Shown: positions 48,231 to 57,497 of the stretch, piece by piece
Layout of the letters: every line of letters begins with the position of its first letter
Position numbering within the stretch: the first letter of the stretch is position 1
Origin: an uncultured Candidatus Actinomarina sp.
Lineage (GTDB): Bacteria; Actinomycetota; Acidimicrobiia; Actinomarinales; Actinomarinaceae
Direction: 5' to 3'
NCBI GenBank assembly: GCA_902526825.1
Contig: CABZMN010000002.1
Span: forward strand, 26,265-90,264
Length of the DNA stretch: 64,000 nt
Notes under the pieces: generated by a model
Database searches by the model: none
Seen by the model: only the letters and a program-made list of their open reading frames with translations
What the model was told of the DNA's origin: nothing
Position numbers and translations under genes: made by a program

Positions 48231-49150
48231 TGATTACTTTTTTACAAGCAACATTTGAGGGTCTTTCGCTAGGTGCAGTGTATTCACTTGTTGCTATTGG
48301 TTTTGTATTGATTTATAAAGCTACAGATGTTTTAAGTTTTGCTCAACCTGCATTGGTTGTAGTTGGAGCAGGATTAATTAGTGCACTAGCTGTAGACCGT
48401 GGAGTTCCATTTTGGATTGCCTTTATTGTTGGGATTCTTTTGACTGGGATTATTGGGCTTGTTATGGAAAGAACTTTTTTAAGACCTATGGTTGGTGAGC
48501 CTGTATTTTCTGTTGCAATTTTAACAATTGGTATTGATATACTTTTAAGAACAGTTTTGAATAATTGGATTGGTTTAAATCCAAGATATTTAGGTGATCC
48601 ATTCCAAAGTTTTGGAAATTTTGGGTCTGTTAATGTAGGCGGAGTCACTTTAAAGTATTTAGAAATTGCTGCTTTGTTTACAGGTGTAATCATTATCATC
48701 CTTCTTTCAGTTTTCTTTAAAAGATCAAAATATGGTGTAGCTATGATGGCTACATCTTACGATCAAGAAGCAGCGCTTGCTCAAGGAATAAATGTTGGAA
48801 GAATATTTGGACTTGTTTGGTTGATCTCAGGTGTTCTTGCAGGATTTGCTGGATTCTTTATCACTGGTGGTTTTAACACGTTAACACAAGCAAGTTTCCT
48901 TTCAGCATTAAGAGTTCTTCCTGCTGTTGCAATTGGAGGATTAGATTCTATTCCTGGTGCTGTAATTGGCTCATTAATTATTGGACTAACACAAGGTTAT
49001 GTAGCTTACTATCAATTAATGTTAGAGGGTGTTATTGGCTTTTCACTTGGAAGTGGATTTTCATTAATAGCTCCTTATCTAATTATGTTTTTCATATTGA
49101 TTTTTAAACCGGATGGTTTATTTGGCACTAAAGAGGTTGAGAGAGTATGA
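48230..49150 (+). CDS. livH: branched-chain-amino-acid-type ABC transporter permease (LivH-like)
   Basis: Polytopic; the N-terminus ...FLQATFEGLSLGAVYSLVAIGFVLIYKATDVLSFAQ... is the typical LivH start. Confidence 0.88.
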   Translation: MITFLQATFEGLSLGAVYSLVAIGFVLIYKATDVLSFAQPALVVVGAGLISALAVDRGVPFWIAFIVGILLTGIIGLVMERTFLRPMVGEPVFSVAILTIGIDILLRTVLNNWIGLNPRYLGDPFQSFGNFGSVNVGGVTLKYLEIAALFTGVIIIILLSVFFKRSKYGVAMMATSYDQEAALAQGINVGRIFGLVWLISGVLAGFAGFFITGGFNTLTQASFLSALRVLPAVAIGGLDSIPGAVIGSLIIGLTQGYVAYYQLMLEGVIGFSLGSGFSLIAPYLIMFFILIFKPDGLFGTKEVERV

Positions 49151-50250
49151 AAAATAGACCGAATCTCTTCACGGACTATAGAAAAGAGAGTTCAATTTTT
49201 CCAAATAACACACAAAAATTTTGGTTTGCAGTTCTGATACTTGTATCTTGTACATTTCCATTTTTTCTTTCAAGTTATTGGAAGTTGCTTGTTACTACAT
49301 CACTACTTACAGCAATCGCCTGCTGGGGATTAAATATCGTATCTGGTCTGGCTGGACAAATTAATTTAGCACATGGGGTTTTTGTTGGAATTGGTACTTA
49401 TGTCTCTGCAATAATTGGTGGTGTAGCTACCTCAAGTGTCATCGGTTATGAGCTTGATATGATCATCTGGTTACCGCTTTCAGGATTGGCCGCAGCTTTT
49501 GTAGGGATATTAATATCTCCTGTCTCTGCAAGACTAAAAGGATTAAATCTTGGACTAGTAACTCTAGCTTTAGTTTTCATTGGATCACATTTTTTCTCAA
49601 ATCTTAAATTCATAACAGGTGGCGCTGGACTTGGTAGAAAAGCTGCTTCCTTAAAATTTTTAGGTCAAGATCTTGAAGCTGGTTTGCAAATCGGAAATGT
49701 ACTCTTGGAAAAAAATGATATCATATATTATTTTTCACTTTTTCTTTGCATAGTTATGGGGTTGGGAGTTAAAAACCTTACTAGGTCAAAAATTGGGAGA
49801 GCATTCTCTGCAATAAGAGATAGAGATATTGCTGCCGAAGCACTCGGAATTAATTTATTTAAATTTAAAATGTATGCTTTTGCGTTAGCAAGTTTTTATG
49901 CAGGAATCGCAGGTTCTTTATTGTTTACTATTGCTGGTGGTGTAGAGCCAGGAACATTTAATCTTTTATATTCAATAATTTTCATTGCAATAGTAATTAT
50001 TGGGGGAGCAGGTACTGTACTGGGACCACTTTATGGAGCATTTTTCTTCACAACATTACCTGGAATAATTCAAGCTGTTTTACATGCAACAGGATTGTCA
50101 GATACAGGCTTTTTTCTCAATGCAGGGGAGATAGAACGTATTGTTTTTGGCTTTTTTATCATTTTTTTCTTGATTTTTGAACCTAGAGGGTTGTGGGGTA
50201 TTTGGTTTAGGTTACGGAATTATTTTAAAGCTTGGCCTTTTTCCTACTAA
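49147..50250 (+). CDS. livM: branched-chain-amino-acid-type ABC transporter permease (LivM-like)
   Basis: Polytopic; ...WGLNIVSGLAGQINLAHGVFVGIGTY... is the typical LivM motif. Confidence 0.88.
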   Translation: MKNRPNLFTDYRKESSIFPNNTQKFWFAVLILVSCTFPFFLSSYWKLLVTTSLLTAIACWGLNIVSGLAGQINLAHGVFVGIGTYVSAIIGGVATSSVIGYELDMIIWLPLSGLAAAFVGILISPVSARLKGLNLGLVTLALVFIGSHFFSNLKFITGGAGLGRKAASLKFLGQDLEAGLQIGNVLLEKNDIIYYFSLFLCIVMGLGVKNLTRSKIGRAFSAIRDRDIAAEALGINLFKFKMYAFALASFYAGIAGSLLFTIAGGVEPGTFNLLYSIIFIAIVIIGGAGTVLGPLYGAFFFTTLPGIIQAVLHATGLSDTGFFLNAGEIERIVFGFFIIFFLIFEPRGLWGIWFRLRNYFKAWPFSY

Positions 50251-50308
50251 CATGACATTTTTCTACTAATCTGTACTTATTAGTACTAATAATTTAAGGG
50301 GGAGAAAA

Positions 50309-51706
50309 ATGAATTCATTGCGCAAGCGAGGAATCATCATATTTTCAATTCTTTCCTTGGTTATTGTTGCATGTGGTGGAGCAGCTGAAGAAGAAGTAGT
50401 TGAAGAAACCGTAGAAGAAGCAGTAGTTGAATCACTCGATTCTCCAGCAGTCACAACAGCAACAGCTGTAAAAACCGGAACCGGTGTTACAGCAGAACCA
50501 TGTCCAGCAGAAATTGGTGGGGTACCAACTGGTGCCGATCAAAGTAAAGGATGTATATATCTCGGATTGTTGAATGACTATACGGGACCTTATGCACCTG
50601 CTGGTCCGGGTCTTGAGCTTGCACAGAGAGCATTTTGGCTGTGGGCAAACTCACCTGAAGAAGCAGGAGGACGCGGAGGAATTGGAAATTATAGCGTTGC
50701 GATTAGAGAAGGTTTTGATACTGGATATAATCCACAAAAACATCTAGAGGGCTATACAGCAATTAAAGATGAAGTTGCTGCTTTAGCTATGTCACTAGGT
50801 ACACCACAAACTTTATTCATTCTTGATGAAATGGACAAAGACAACATGGTTGGTGTTCCAATGAGTTGGTGGTCAGGATGGTCATACAAAGAAAATGACA
50901 AAGGACTAATTATTGAGTTTGGAAGTCAGTACTGTGCTGATGGTATGAACGCAGTCGATTGGTCACTTGAAAATCTTGGCGACATAAAGACTGTTGGAAT
51001 CATGGGCTTTGCAGGCGATTATGGTTCTGACTGGGCTGCTGGAGTTGCAAAAGCTGCAGAAGCAAATGGTCTTACAGTTGCATGGACATATACACCTCCA
51101 TCAACAGAATTTGACGTAGCACAAGCTGTAGGTTTAATGGTCACCCAACCAGTTGATGCTTATTTCCCAGCAATAAGTGCTGGTCTAATGGCTCAAGTAG
51201 CTGGTGGTGCCGCTCAGCAAGGGTTAACACCGTTTGCTATTCTTGCAGGGCCATCATTTAATGATGCCTTTGTTCAAGAAGGATTTCCATTAAAGGGATT
51301 GTTTGAATCAGGAGCAATCTATGCAATGGGACTTGGTGTAGCTCCATATGAAGCTGACACACCTGGACACGCAGTAATGAGAGCAACAATGGGTCAAATT
51401 GTTGAAAGTGCAAACGCATTCTTAGTTGCAGGATGGTCATCTCAGTATCATTTATTGGGCGTATTAGAAGCAGCCAATAAAGGTGGAGATTTATCCAGAG
51501 CAGGTATTAGAAGAGCTGCCGCAAACGTAACAGTTTCATCTGACGGAATGATGGAACCAAGAGAATTAGGTCAAGATAGAGCTGATACAGCAGCTTATAT
51601 TGGTATACCTGATGGATCTATCGGTAGTGGTCAAAGAGTACTTGCATTTAATTATCAAGGATCATCAGCCAAATCATATGATTGGACCTCTGGTTCTTGT
51701 TCATAA
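50309..51706 (+). CDS. ABC transporter substrate-binding lipoprotein (LivK/type-I periplasmic binding fold)
   Basis: Signal peptide plus lipobox (LVIVACGG), an acidic EEEVVEETVEEAVVE linker, then a ~400-aa binding-protein-like domain. Strong RBS GGGGGAG. Visibly less AT-rich than its neighbours. Confidence 0.78.
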   Translation: MNSLRKRGIIIFSILSLVIVACGGAAEEEVVEETVEEAVVESLDSPAVTTATAVKTGTGVTAEPCPAEIGGVPTGADQSKGCIYLGLLNDYTGPYAPAGPGLELAQRAFWLWANSPEEAGGRGGIGNYSVAIREGFDTGYNPQKHLEGYTAIKDEVAALAMSLGTPQTLFILDEMDKDNMVGVPMSWWSGWSYKENDKGLIIEFGSQYCADGMNAVDWSLENLGDIKTVGIMGFAGDYGSDWAAGVAKAAEANGLTVAWTYTPPSTEFDVAQAVGLMVTQPVDAYFPAISAGLMAQVAGGAAQQGLTPFAILAGPSFNDAFVQEGFPLKGLFESGAIYAMGLGVAPYEADTPGHAVMRATMGQIVESANAFLVAGWSSQYHLLGVLEAANKGGDLSRAGIRRAAANVTVSSDGMMEPRELGQDRADTAAYIGIPDGSIGSGQRVLAFNYQGSSAKSYDWTSGSCS

Positions 51707-51723
51707 AAATTAACTGATAAATT

Positions 51724-51755
51724 AAAGAGCCGGCAAAGCCGGCTCTTTTTTTTTA
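51724..51755 (+). terminator. rho-independent terminator after the binding-protein gene
   Basis: AAAGAGCCGGC (51724-51734) / GCCGGCTCTTT (51738-51748), AAA loop, followed by a T-run. Confidence 0.82.
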
Positions 51756-51784
51756 TATAGTTGTATTCAAATTAAAATAAAAAT

Positions 51785-52795
51785 GTGAAAAATTTTTTTG
51801 AAAAAAATAAAGTTTTAAAAATTGCAATTATCACGTATCTAGTTGCAATTTTTCCATTTGGTTTTGCAAAAACAGATTACTACTTTATGTCACCAGGTCC
51901 ACCTTATCAATGGGATATTTCAATTGAAGATGAAAAGACTTTTGAATTTGATGGAAATTTATACCAGTTAACTGTCAGACGTGATGAAGCAAATTACTTT
52001 GTTTATGCATGGGCTAATTTAAATAGTCAAATTGATTTGTATCCCAGAGAAGTTATTTTGCCTGATGGAGTTACACCCCAAGAACTTTCTGAGATAAGTA
52101 TTCAAAATATGATTACTTCCGAAAATGTTGCAATAGCAGTTGCTCTTAATTCTTTGGGATATGGCATTGAATCTGAGGGAGACGGTGTTTTAGTTGTAGG
52201 CCTGCTCGATGACTCGCCCGTGAAAGATAAACTTTTAAAAAATGATTTAATTACTTCAATAAATAATCAGATCGTAAAATCAACAACGGAATTTATATCT
52301 TTATTGAAGAGTTATGAAATTGGTGACACTGTTGAAATTGGATTAGTTAGAGATGAAAAACAGTTAAAAATTAAAACTACTCTTATTGAGCACATTGAGT
52401 ATGCAAATGAACCAATGGTTGGATTCCTAGCCTCAACTCCTAATCAAAAATTCACTTTCCCATTTGACATTGATATCAATACTGGAAACGTTGGTGGACC
52501 TTCTGCGGGAATGATGATGGCACTTAATGTTTACAACTTACTTACAGAGAGTGACATAACAAATGGTGAAAAAATAGCAGGAACTGGAACTATAGAAATT
52601 GATGGCTCAGTTGGACCTGTTGGAGGCGTAAAGCAAAAAGTAATCGCAGCAAAAAGAGCAAATGCTTCATTAATACTTGTTCCCACAGCGAATTATTTAG
52701 AAGCAAGTGTCTACTCAGATGAAAATACATCTATTGTTGCAGTCGATTCATTTGAAGAAGCTCTTAATGTAATTTCTGACTTTAGTTCACGTTAA
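51785..52795 (+). CDS. PDZ-domain Lon-like (S16) serine protease, YlbL/SdrC type
   Basis: GTG start. N-terminal TM segment, PDZ region (...VVGLLDDSPVKDKLLKNDLITSINN...), Lon catalytic motif GPSAGMMMAL and ...GGVKQKVIAAKRA.... Precedes UPF0182, as in mycobacteria. Confidence 0.85.
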   Translation: MKNFFEKNKVLKIAIITYLVAIFPFGFAKTDYYFMSPGPPYQWDISIEDEKTFEFDGNLYQLTVRRDEANYFVYAWANLNSQIDLYPREVILPDGVTPQELSEISIQNMITSENVAIAVALNSLGYGIESEGDGVLVVGLLDDSPVKDKLLKNDLITSINNQIVKSTTEFISLLKSYEIGDTVEIGLVRDEKQLKIKTTLIEHIEYANEPMVGFLASTPNQKFTFPFDIDINTGNVGGPSAGMMMALNVYNLLTESDITNGEKIAGTGTIEIDGSVGPVGGVKQKVIAAKRANASLILVPTANYLEASVYSDENTSIVAVDSFEEALNVISDFSSR

Positions 52796-52823
52796 AGACG
52801 AAACATAAATAAAATAAATCTAC

Positions 52824-55643
52824 ATGGTTAATATCGGGAACTTAAATACAAATTCAGAGAGAAGGGGATTCTCTTTTATTGTTTTCATTGCAATCATTGG
52901 TTTCTCCCTTGCTAGGGGAATTGCCAATTTCTATACAAATTATCTCTGGTTTGATTCTGTCGGATTGGAAAGTGTTTGGGTAAAAATCTTATTAACAAGG
53001 ACAGCACTTGTAGGTGCTACTTCATTGATCGCATTTATATTTATATTTACGAACCTAAGATTGGCAACAAGAGCAACTCCAGTAATGGACATCTTTGAAG
53101 CATTTGACTCCGAAGATCCGCTTGCTAGGTTCAGAAGTTTTGTAAGTGAACGATTTGCTCGATTTAGATTAACTGGTGCCGTTGCTCTTTCATTATTTTT
53201 AGGTGCAGGCGCTTCAACACTTTGGGAACAGGTTTTATTATTTCTTAACCGACAAGGATTCGGCGTAAGTGATCCGGTATTCAATTATGATGTTGCAAGT
53301 TACGTTTATGGATTGCCACTTTATAGACTTTTTGTTTCTTGGGGTTTCCAACTTGTTACGCTCACCTCACTTGTTGTAATTCTATACTTTATTGCAACTG
53401 GAGCACTTCAATTAATGCCTGGACGCTTACCAGAGGTTAGTAGTGGGGCAAAAGCACATTTATCCGTTTTACTCGCATTCATAGCCTTACTTAAAGCAGT
53501 TGCTTATAGGCTTGATGCTTTGGAACTACTTTATTCACCACGTGGAAAAGTTTTTGGAGCTAGCTATACAGATGTTGTAGCTCATCTTCCTGCTTTAAAT
53601 CTTTTGATTCTAATTTCATTATTTGGAGCGATTCTTTTACTAGTAAACATTAGAAGAAGAGGATGGCTACTTCCCACAACTGCAATAGGTTTATGGTTGG
53701 CAGTCTCCATCATAGTTGGAGGAATTGTTCCAGCAGCCATTCAGAGATTTAGGGTTGTACCAGATGAGTTGAATAAAGAATTGACTTATGTTGAAGATCA
53801 TATTAATTACACAAGATTGGCATATGGACTTGACTCCATAGAAGAAAGACAGTTCGAAGCTTCACCCAATCTTTCTCAAAATGACATAAATGACAACTCT
53901 CAAACGGTCGACAATATTAGATTATGGGATCCGACTGTATTAGCTGAGACTTACAGCCAGCTACAAGAAATTAGAGCCTATTATGCCCTAGATGAAGTCG
54001 ACGTAGACAGATATATGATTGATGGTCAATTGACTCAGGTTATGGTATCCGCAAGGGAATTAGACCAAACAAACTTACCTGCTCAAGGTTGGGTTAATCA
54101 AAAATTACAATACACCCATGGTTTTGGTGTTGTGTTTAGTCCAGCAAATAATGTTGCTAGTCAAGGACAACCAGATTTTTACGTTAAGGGTGTTCCAGCA
54201 AATACAAGCGTTGCTGAGCTTGAGGTAGACCAACCGAGAATATATTTTGGAGAATCAGCAGACTCTGATGAATATGTTGTTGTTAATTCACTTCAAGATG
54301 AAGTAGATTACCCACTATCAACAGAGGGGCAATCTGTTGCATACACAAATTATTCAGGTGAGGGCGGAGTTAGCATAGGTTCGTTCTTTAAAAGACTTGG
54401 ATTCGCACTACGTTACAGTGAATTAAATCTTCTTATATCAAATCAGTTGAGTGATGGTTCAAAGCTAATTATGGAAAGGAACATAATCAGTAGGGTTAAA
54501 AAAGCTGCTCCTTTCTTATACACTGACAATGATCCTTATTTGGCACTAATTGATGGAAACCTATTTTGGATTATTGATCTTTATACCTTGAGTGATAGAT
54601 ATCCTTATGCTCAACCAGCTGACACAACAAGAATTAATGACAGGTCTGGGCTGCCTATAAACTTTAATTACATTCGAAACTCTGTAAAAGCAGTCGTTAA
54701 CGCCTATGACGGAACAATGAATTTCTATGTCTTTGATGAGAATGACCCATTGATTAAGTCATATGCTGAAATCTTCCCATCTCTTTTTAATGATAAATCA
54801 AATATGTCTGAAGATTTATTAAATCACATAAGATACCCAGAGGATCTCTTTACGATTCAATCTGACATGTACAGGGATTACCACATGACCGATCCAAGAG
54901 TGTTTTATGCTGACGAGGATCCATGGGTAATTCCTACAGATTCATCCACTACACCAAGACTTGCAACTTTAAGAGGTGAGTTTAGCGAAATTGGCTTCAA
55001 ACCAATGCTTCCATACTATCTATTGATGTCATTACCAGGAGAGAGTGATTTAAGTTATCTTATCTTCCAGCCATTTAACCCGGAAAATAGACCGAATATG
55101 CAGTCCTTCCTTGTTGCGGATGCAGATCCAGAAAACTATGGACAAATAATTGACTTTAAATTACCTAAAGGAGAATTTGTAGATGGACCAACTCAGGTTG
55201 CTACTAGGATTAACCAGGATCCAGATATATCTCAAATATTTACATTGTTAGACCAACAAGGATCAAGTGTTATTAAAGGTAATCTTTTTGTTGTTCCAAT
55301 CAATCAGTCTGTACTTTATTATCAACCAATATATCTACAAGGTGAGCAAAACCCATTGCCTGAATTTAAATTTGTTGTTGTAGTTTTCCAAGACAGAATA
55401 ATAATGGCCGAATCACTTAGCCTTGCTCTTGAGGGTGTATTTGGTGACCTTGAAATTGATCTTGATTTAGATATTGATGATACCGAAGACATAAGTGCGA
55501 TCGATTTATTAAATAAAGCTAGCGATTTATTTGATCAAGCTCAAAATGCGTTAACAGATGGAAATCTTGGAAAATATCAAGATCTAATCATTCAAGTTGA
55601 GGAACTTGTATACAAAGCTTTAGAAATTCTTAATCAACAATAA
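52824..55643 (+). CDS. UPF0182-family large membrane protein
   Basis: 939 aa, about 7 N-terminal TM helices followed by a large soluble region. N-terminal ...NFYTNYLWFDSVGL... and the ...YTHGFG... region match the UPF0182 (Rv3193c-like) family as I recall it. Confidence 0.88.
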   Translation: MVNIGNLNTNSERRGFSFIVFIAIIGFSLARGIANFYTNYLWFDSVGLESVWVKILLTRTALVGATSLIAFIFIFTNLRLATRATPVMDIFEAFDSEDPLARFRSFVSERFARFRLTGAVALSLFLGAGASTLWEQVLLFLNRQGFGVSDPVFNYDVASYVYGLPLYRLFVSWGFQLVTLTSLVVILYFIATGALQLMPGRLPEVSSGAKAHLSVLLAFIALLKAVAYRLDALELLYSPRGKVFGASYTDVVAHLPALNLLILISLFGAILLLVNIRRRGWLLPTTAIGLWLAVSIIVGGIVPAAIQRFRVVPDELNKELTYVEDHINYTRLAYGLDSIEERQFEASPNLSQNDINDNSQTVDNIRLWDPTVLAETYSQLQEIRAYYALDEVDVDRYMIDGQLTQVMVSARELDQTNLPAQGWVNQKLQYTHGFGVVFSPANNVASQGQPDFYVKGVPANTSVAELEVDQPRIYFGESADSDEYVVVNSLQDEVDYPLSTEGQSVAYTNYSGEGGVSIGSFFKRLGFALRYSELNLLISNQLSDGSKLIMERNIISRVKKAAPFLYTDNDPYLALIDGNLFWIIDLYTLSDRYPYAQPADTTRINDRSGLPINFNYIRNSVKAVVNAYDGTMNFYVFDENDPLIKSYAEIFPSLFNDKSNMSEDLLNHIRYPEDLFTIQSDMYRDYHMTDPRVFYADEDPWVIPTDSSTTPRLATLRGEFSEIGFKPMLPYYLLMSLPGESDLSYLIFQPFNPENRPNMQSFLVADADPENYGQIIDFKLPKGEFVDGPTQVATRINQDPDISQIFTLLDQQGSSVIKGNLFVVPINQSVLYYQPIYLQGEQNPLPEFKFVVVVFQDRIIMAESLSLALEGVFGDLEIDLDLDIDDTEDISAIDLLNKASDLFDQAQNALTDGNLGKYQDLIIQVEELVYKALEILNQQ

Positions 55644-55649
55644 AAAAGC

Positions 55650-55677
55650 TTGAGTTAAAAAAATTCTTAATTACTAT
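55650..55677 (+). promoter_or_regulatory. possible promoter for the initiator tRNA
   Basis: TTGAGT (55650-55655), 16-nt spacer, TACTAT (55672-55677), 10 nt upstream of the tRNA 5' end. Sequence match only. Confidence 0.3.
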
Positions 55678-55687
55678 TGGTATTCAG

Positions 55688-55764
55688 CGCGGGGTGGAGC
55701 AGTCTGGTAGCTCGCTGGGCTCATAACCCAGAGGTCGTAGGTTCAAATCCTACCCCCGCTACCA
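55688..55764 (+). tRNA. metZ: initiator tRNA-fMet (anticodon CAT), CCA encoded
   Basis: Folded by hand: acceptor CGCGGGG/CCCCGCU with a C1xU72 mismatch, D-stem GAGC/GCUC (A11:U24), anticodon stem CUGGG/CCCAG with three consecutive G:C pairs, loop CUCAUAA, T-arm GUAGG-UUCAAAU-CCUAC, 3' ACCA. Near-identical in layout to E. coli tRNA-fMet. Confidence 0.95.
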
Positions 55765-55766
55765 AA

Positions 55767-55904
55767 TCACCTAATAAATAGATCTATAAGTCGTTTTCTT
55801 CCAGTAGATGCAGCAATAAGTTTTAAAGTAAATATACCCATTGCACCTAAAAATCCAAGTGTCCCAAGAACTAGGACAATTCGCCAAATCATTATTGCAT
55901 CCAT
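55767..55904 (-). CDS. possible 45-aa single-pass membrane peptide (not in the ORF track)
   Basis: ATG 55904 to TGA 55767: MDAIMIWRIVLVLGTLGFLGAMGIFTLKLIAASTGRKRLIDLFIR. One hydrophobic helix plus a basic tail. Lies 31 nt downstream of the TlpA-like gene on the same strand. No clear SD. Confidence 0.3.
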   Translation of the reverse strand: MDAIMIWRIVLVLGTLGFLGAMGIFTLKLIAASTGRKRLIDLFIR

Positions 55905-55935
55905 GAATTAATTATAAGCAGAAACTGGATTAGTT

Positions 55936-56427
55936 CTAATTGACATAATCAATAATCATATCATGCGTTATAGGACCATTAAATGTATTGATTACAACAA
56001 AGTCATTGTTTAACAATAAAGTTGTTGGAAGTCCACTCCAGAAAAATTGAGTGATGAATGATTCAACTTTTTCTTCAGACAAAATATTTTCATACGTTAA
56101 GTTATATTCTTTTATAAATTCAATTGCATTTGTCTCAGAATCATCGACCAATAATCCAACTACAACAAATTCATCTAGTTCATTTAATTTTTGAAGGTAT
56201 CCCACTTCTTCGATACATGGTGTGCACCAAGTCGCCCAGAGGTTTACAACAATATATTCCTCGCTTGTAAGGGCAATATTCGCATCTAAATTTTCAAAAA
56301 CAATTGATAGGTCTAAATTTTCATTGTTTGGTAGCACTTTGACATCAGTATTTTCCTCTTCAAATGTTGTTGAGATTACAAGAACTAGTCCGACTAAGGA
56401 CAAAAGGATAAAATTTCTTTTCAACAT
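55936..56427 (-). CDS. TlpA/ResA-like membrane-anchored thiol-disulfide oxidoreductase
   Basis: N-terminal TM anchor, thioredoxin motif VVNLWATWCTPCIEE, ...GLPTTLLL... (cis-Pro region). Confidence 0.85.
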   Translation of the reverse strand: MLKRNFILLSLVGLVLVISTTFEEENTDVKVLPNNENLDLSIVFENLDANIALTSEEYIVVNLWATWCTPCIEEVGYLQKLNELDEFVVVGLLVDDSETNAIEFIKEYNLTYENILSEEKVESFITQFFWSGLPTTLLLNNDFVVINTFNGPITHDMIIDYVN

Positions 56428-56447
56428 AAGTTTAATTTAATAAAGTA

Positions 56448-57497
56448 TTGAACATACAATACATAAGTATGGAATTTGAAAAACTTATTTATCCTGGATT
56501 CAATAAGACATTCGGAGAGCTTGAGTGCTTTACATTAAACAAAAGCAATCAATTGGATCTTATTGATTATTTCAATATAGATTGGGTTCGTTCAGCCGTT
56601 GAAGAGCTTGTAAAAACTGTTGATGAAAAGATAAAAATTGAGTTTATTGAGCCAACCACTGTAGATATTGAATCTGCATCAAAATTAGTGAAAGCAGATC
56701 TATCTGTAGAGGATGCAAAAAAAGAATTTAGCAAAGGTAAGAGAATTATTGGTATCTCTTCTGGAAAAGGTGGCGTTGGAAAATCAACTATTGCATCTCT
56801 TCTTGGAATGGCTTTTGCAAAACAAGGAAAAAAAGTTGGAATTCTTGATGCTGATATTTGGGGATATTCAATACCAAAAATGTTAGGAGCAAAATTTCCT
56901 CCTATCCCATTCAATAACAGAATTTTCCCATCAAAAATAAATGACCTCAGAGTTATCTCAATGGAGTACTTCGTAAAACAAGATGAGGCAGTAATTTGGA
57001 GAGGGCCAATGCTTCATAAGGCTATTGAACAATTCCTGTACGAAGTTTTATGGCAGGATATAGATATCTTACTTATCGATATGCCACCTGGAACAGGTGA
57101 TGTCTCGATATCCCTTTCTCAATTTCTTAACTTTTATGAAACGATTATTGTTACAACACCTCAAAGTAATGCGACAACTGTTGCAGAGAGAGCAGGAATT
57201 ATGTCGAAGAAAGTGAACTCAAGCATCATAGGTGTTATTGAAAATATGTCTTATTTAGAGAATGGGAGTGAGAAACTATATCCGTTTGGTAAAGGCGGGG
57301 GAGAAGAACTCTCAAAGAACTTAGGTGTCGAATTTATTGGTAGCCTACCGTTATATGATTCTGTATCAAAATATTCAGAGGATGGAATACTTCTCGAATT
57401 TGGTGGAGATAATGATTTCAAAGTTATTGAGGAAATGGTGAATGCAATTAATGCCATTGCTCCAAAGAAAAAACCAATTGATTTAAAAATTAATTAG
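56448..57497 (+). CDS. apbC: Mrp/ApbC/NBP35-family Fe-S cluster carrier ATPase
   Basis: Deviant Walker A GISSGKGGVGKST, ...ILDADIWGYSIP..., ...LLIDMPPGTGD.... The start is uncertain (TTG 56448 or ATG 56469). Confidence 0.9.
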   Translation: MNIQYISMEFEKLIYPGFNKTFGELECFTLNKSNQLDLIDYFNIDWVRSAVEELVKTVDEKIKIEFIEPTTVDIESASKLVKADLSVEDAKKEFSKGKRIIGISSGKGGVGKSTIASLLGMAFAKQGKKVGILDADIWGYSIPKMLGAKFPPIPFNNRIFPSKINDLRVISMEYFVKQDEAVIWRGPMLHKAIEQFLYEVLWQDIDILLIDMPPGTGDVSISLSQFLNFYETIIVTTPQSNATTVAERAGIMSKKVNSSIIGVIENMSYLENGSEKLYPFGKGGGEELSKNLGVEFIGSLPLYDSVSKYSEDGILLEFGGDNDFKVIEEMVNAINAIAPKKKPIDLKIN

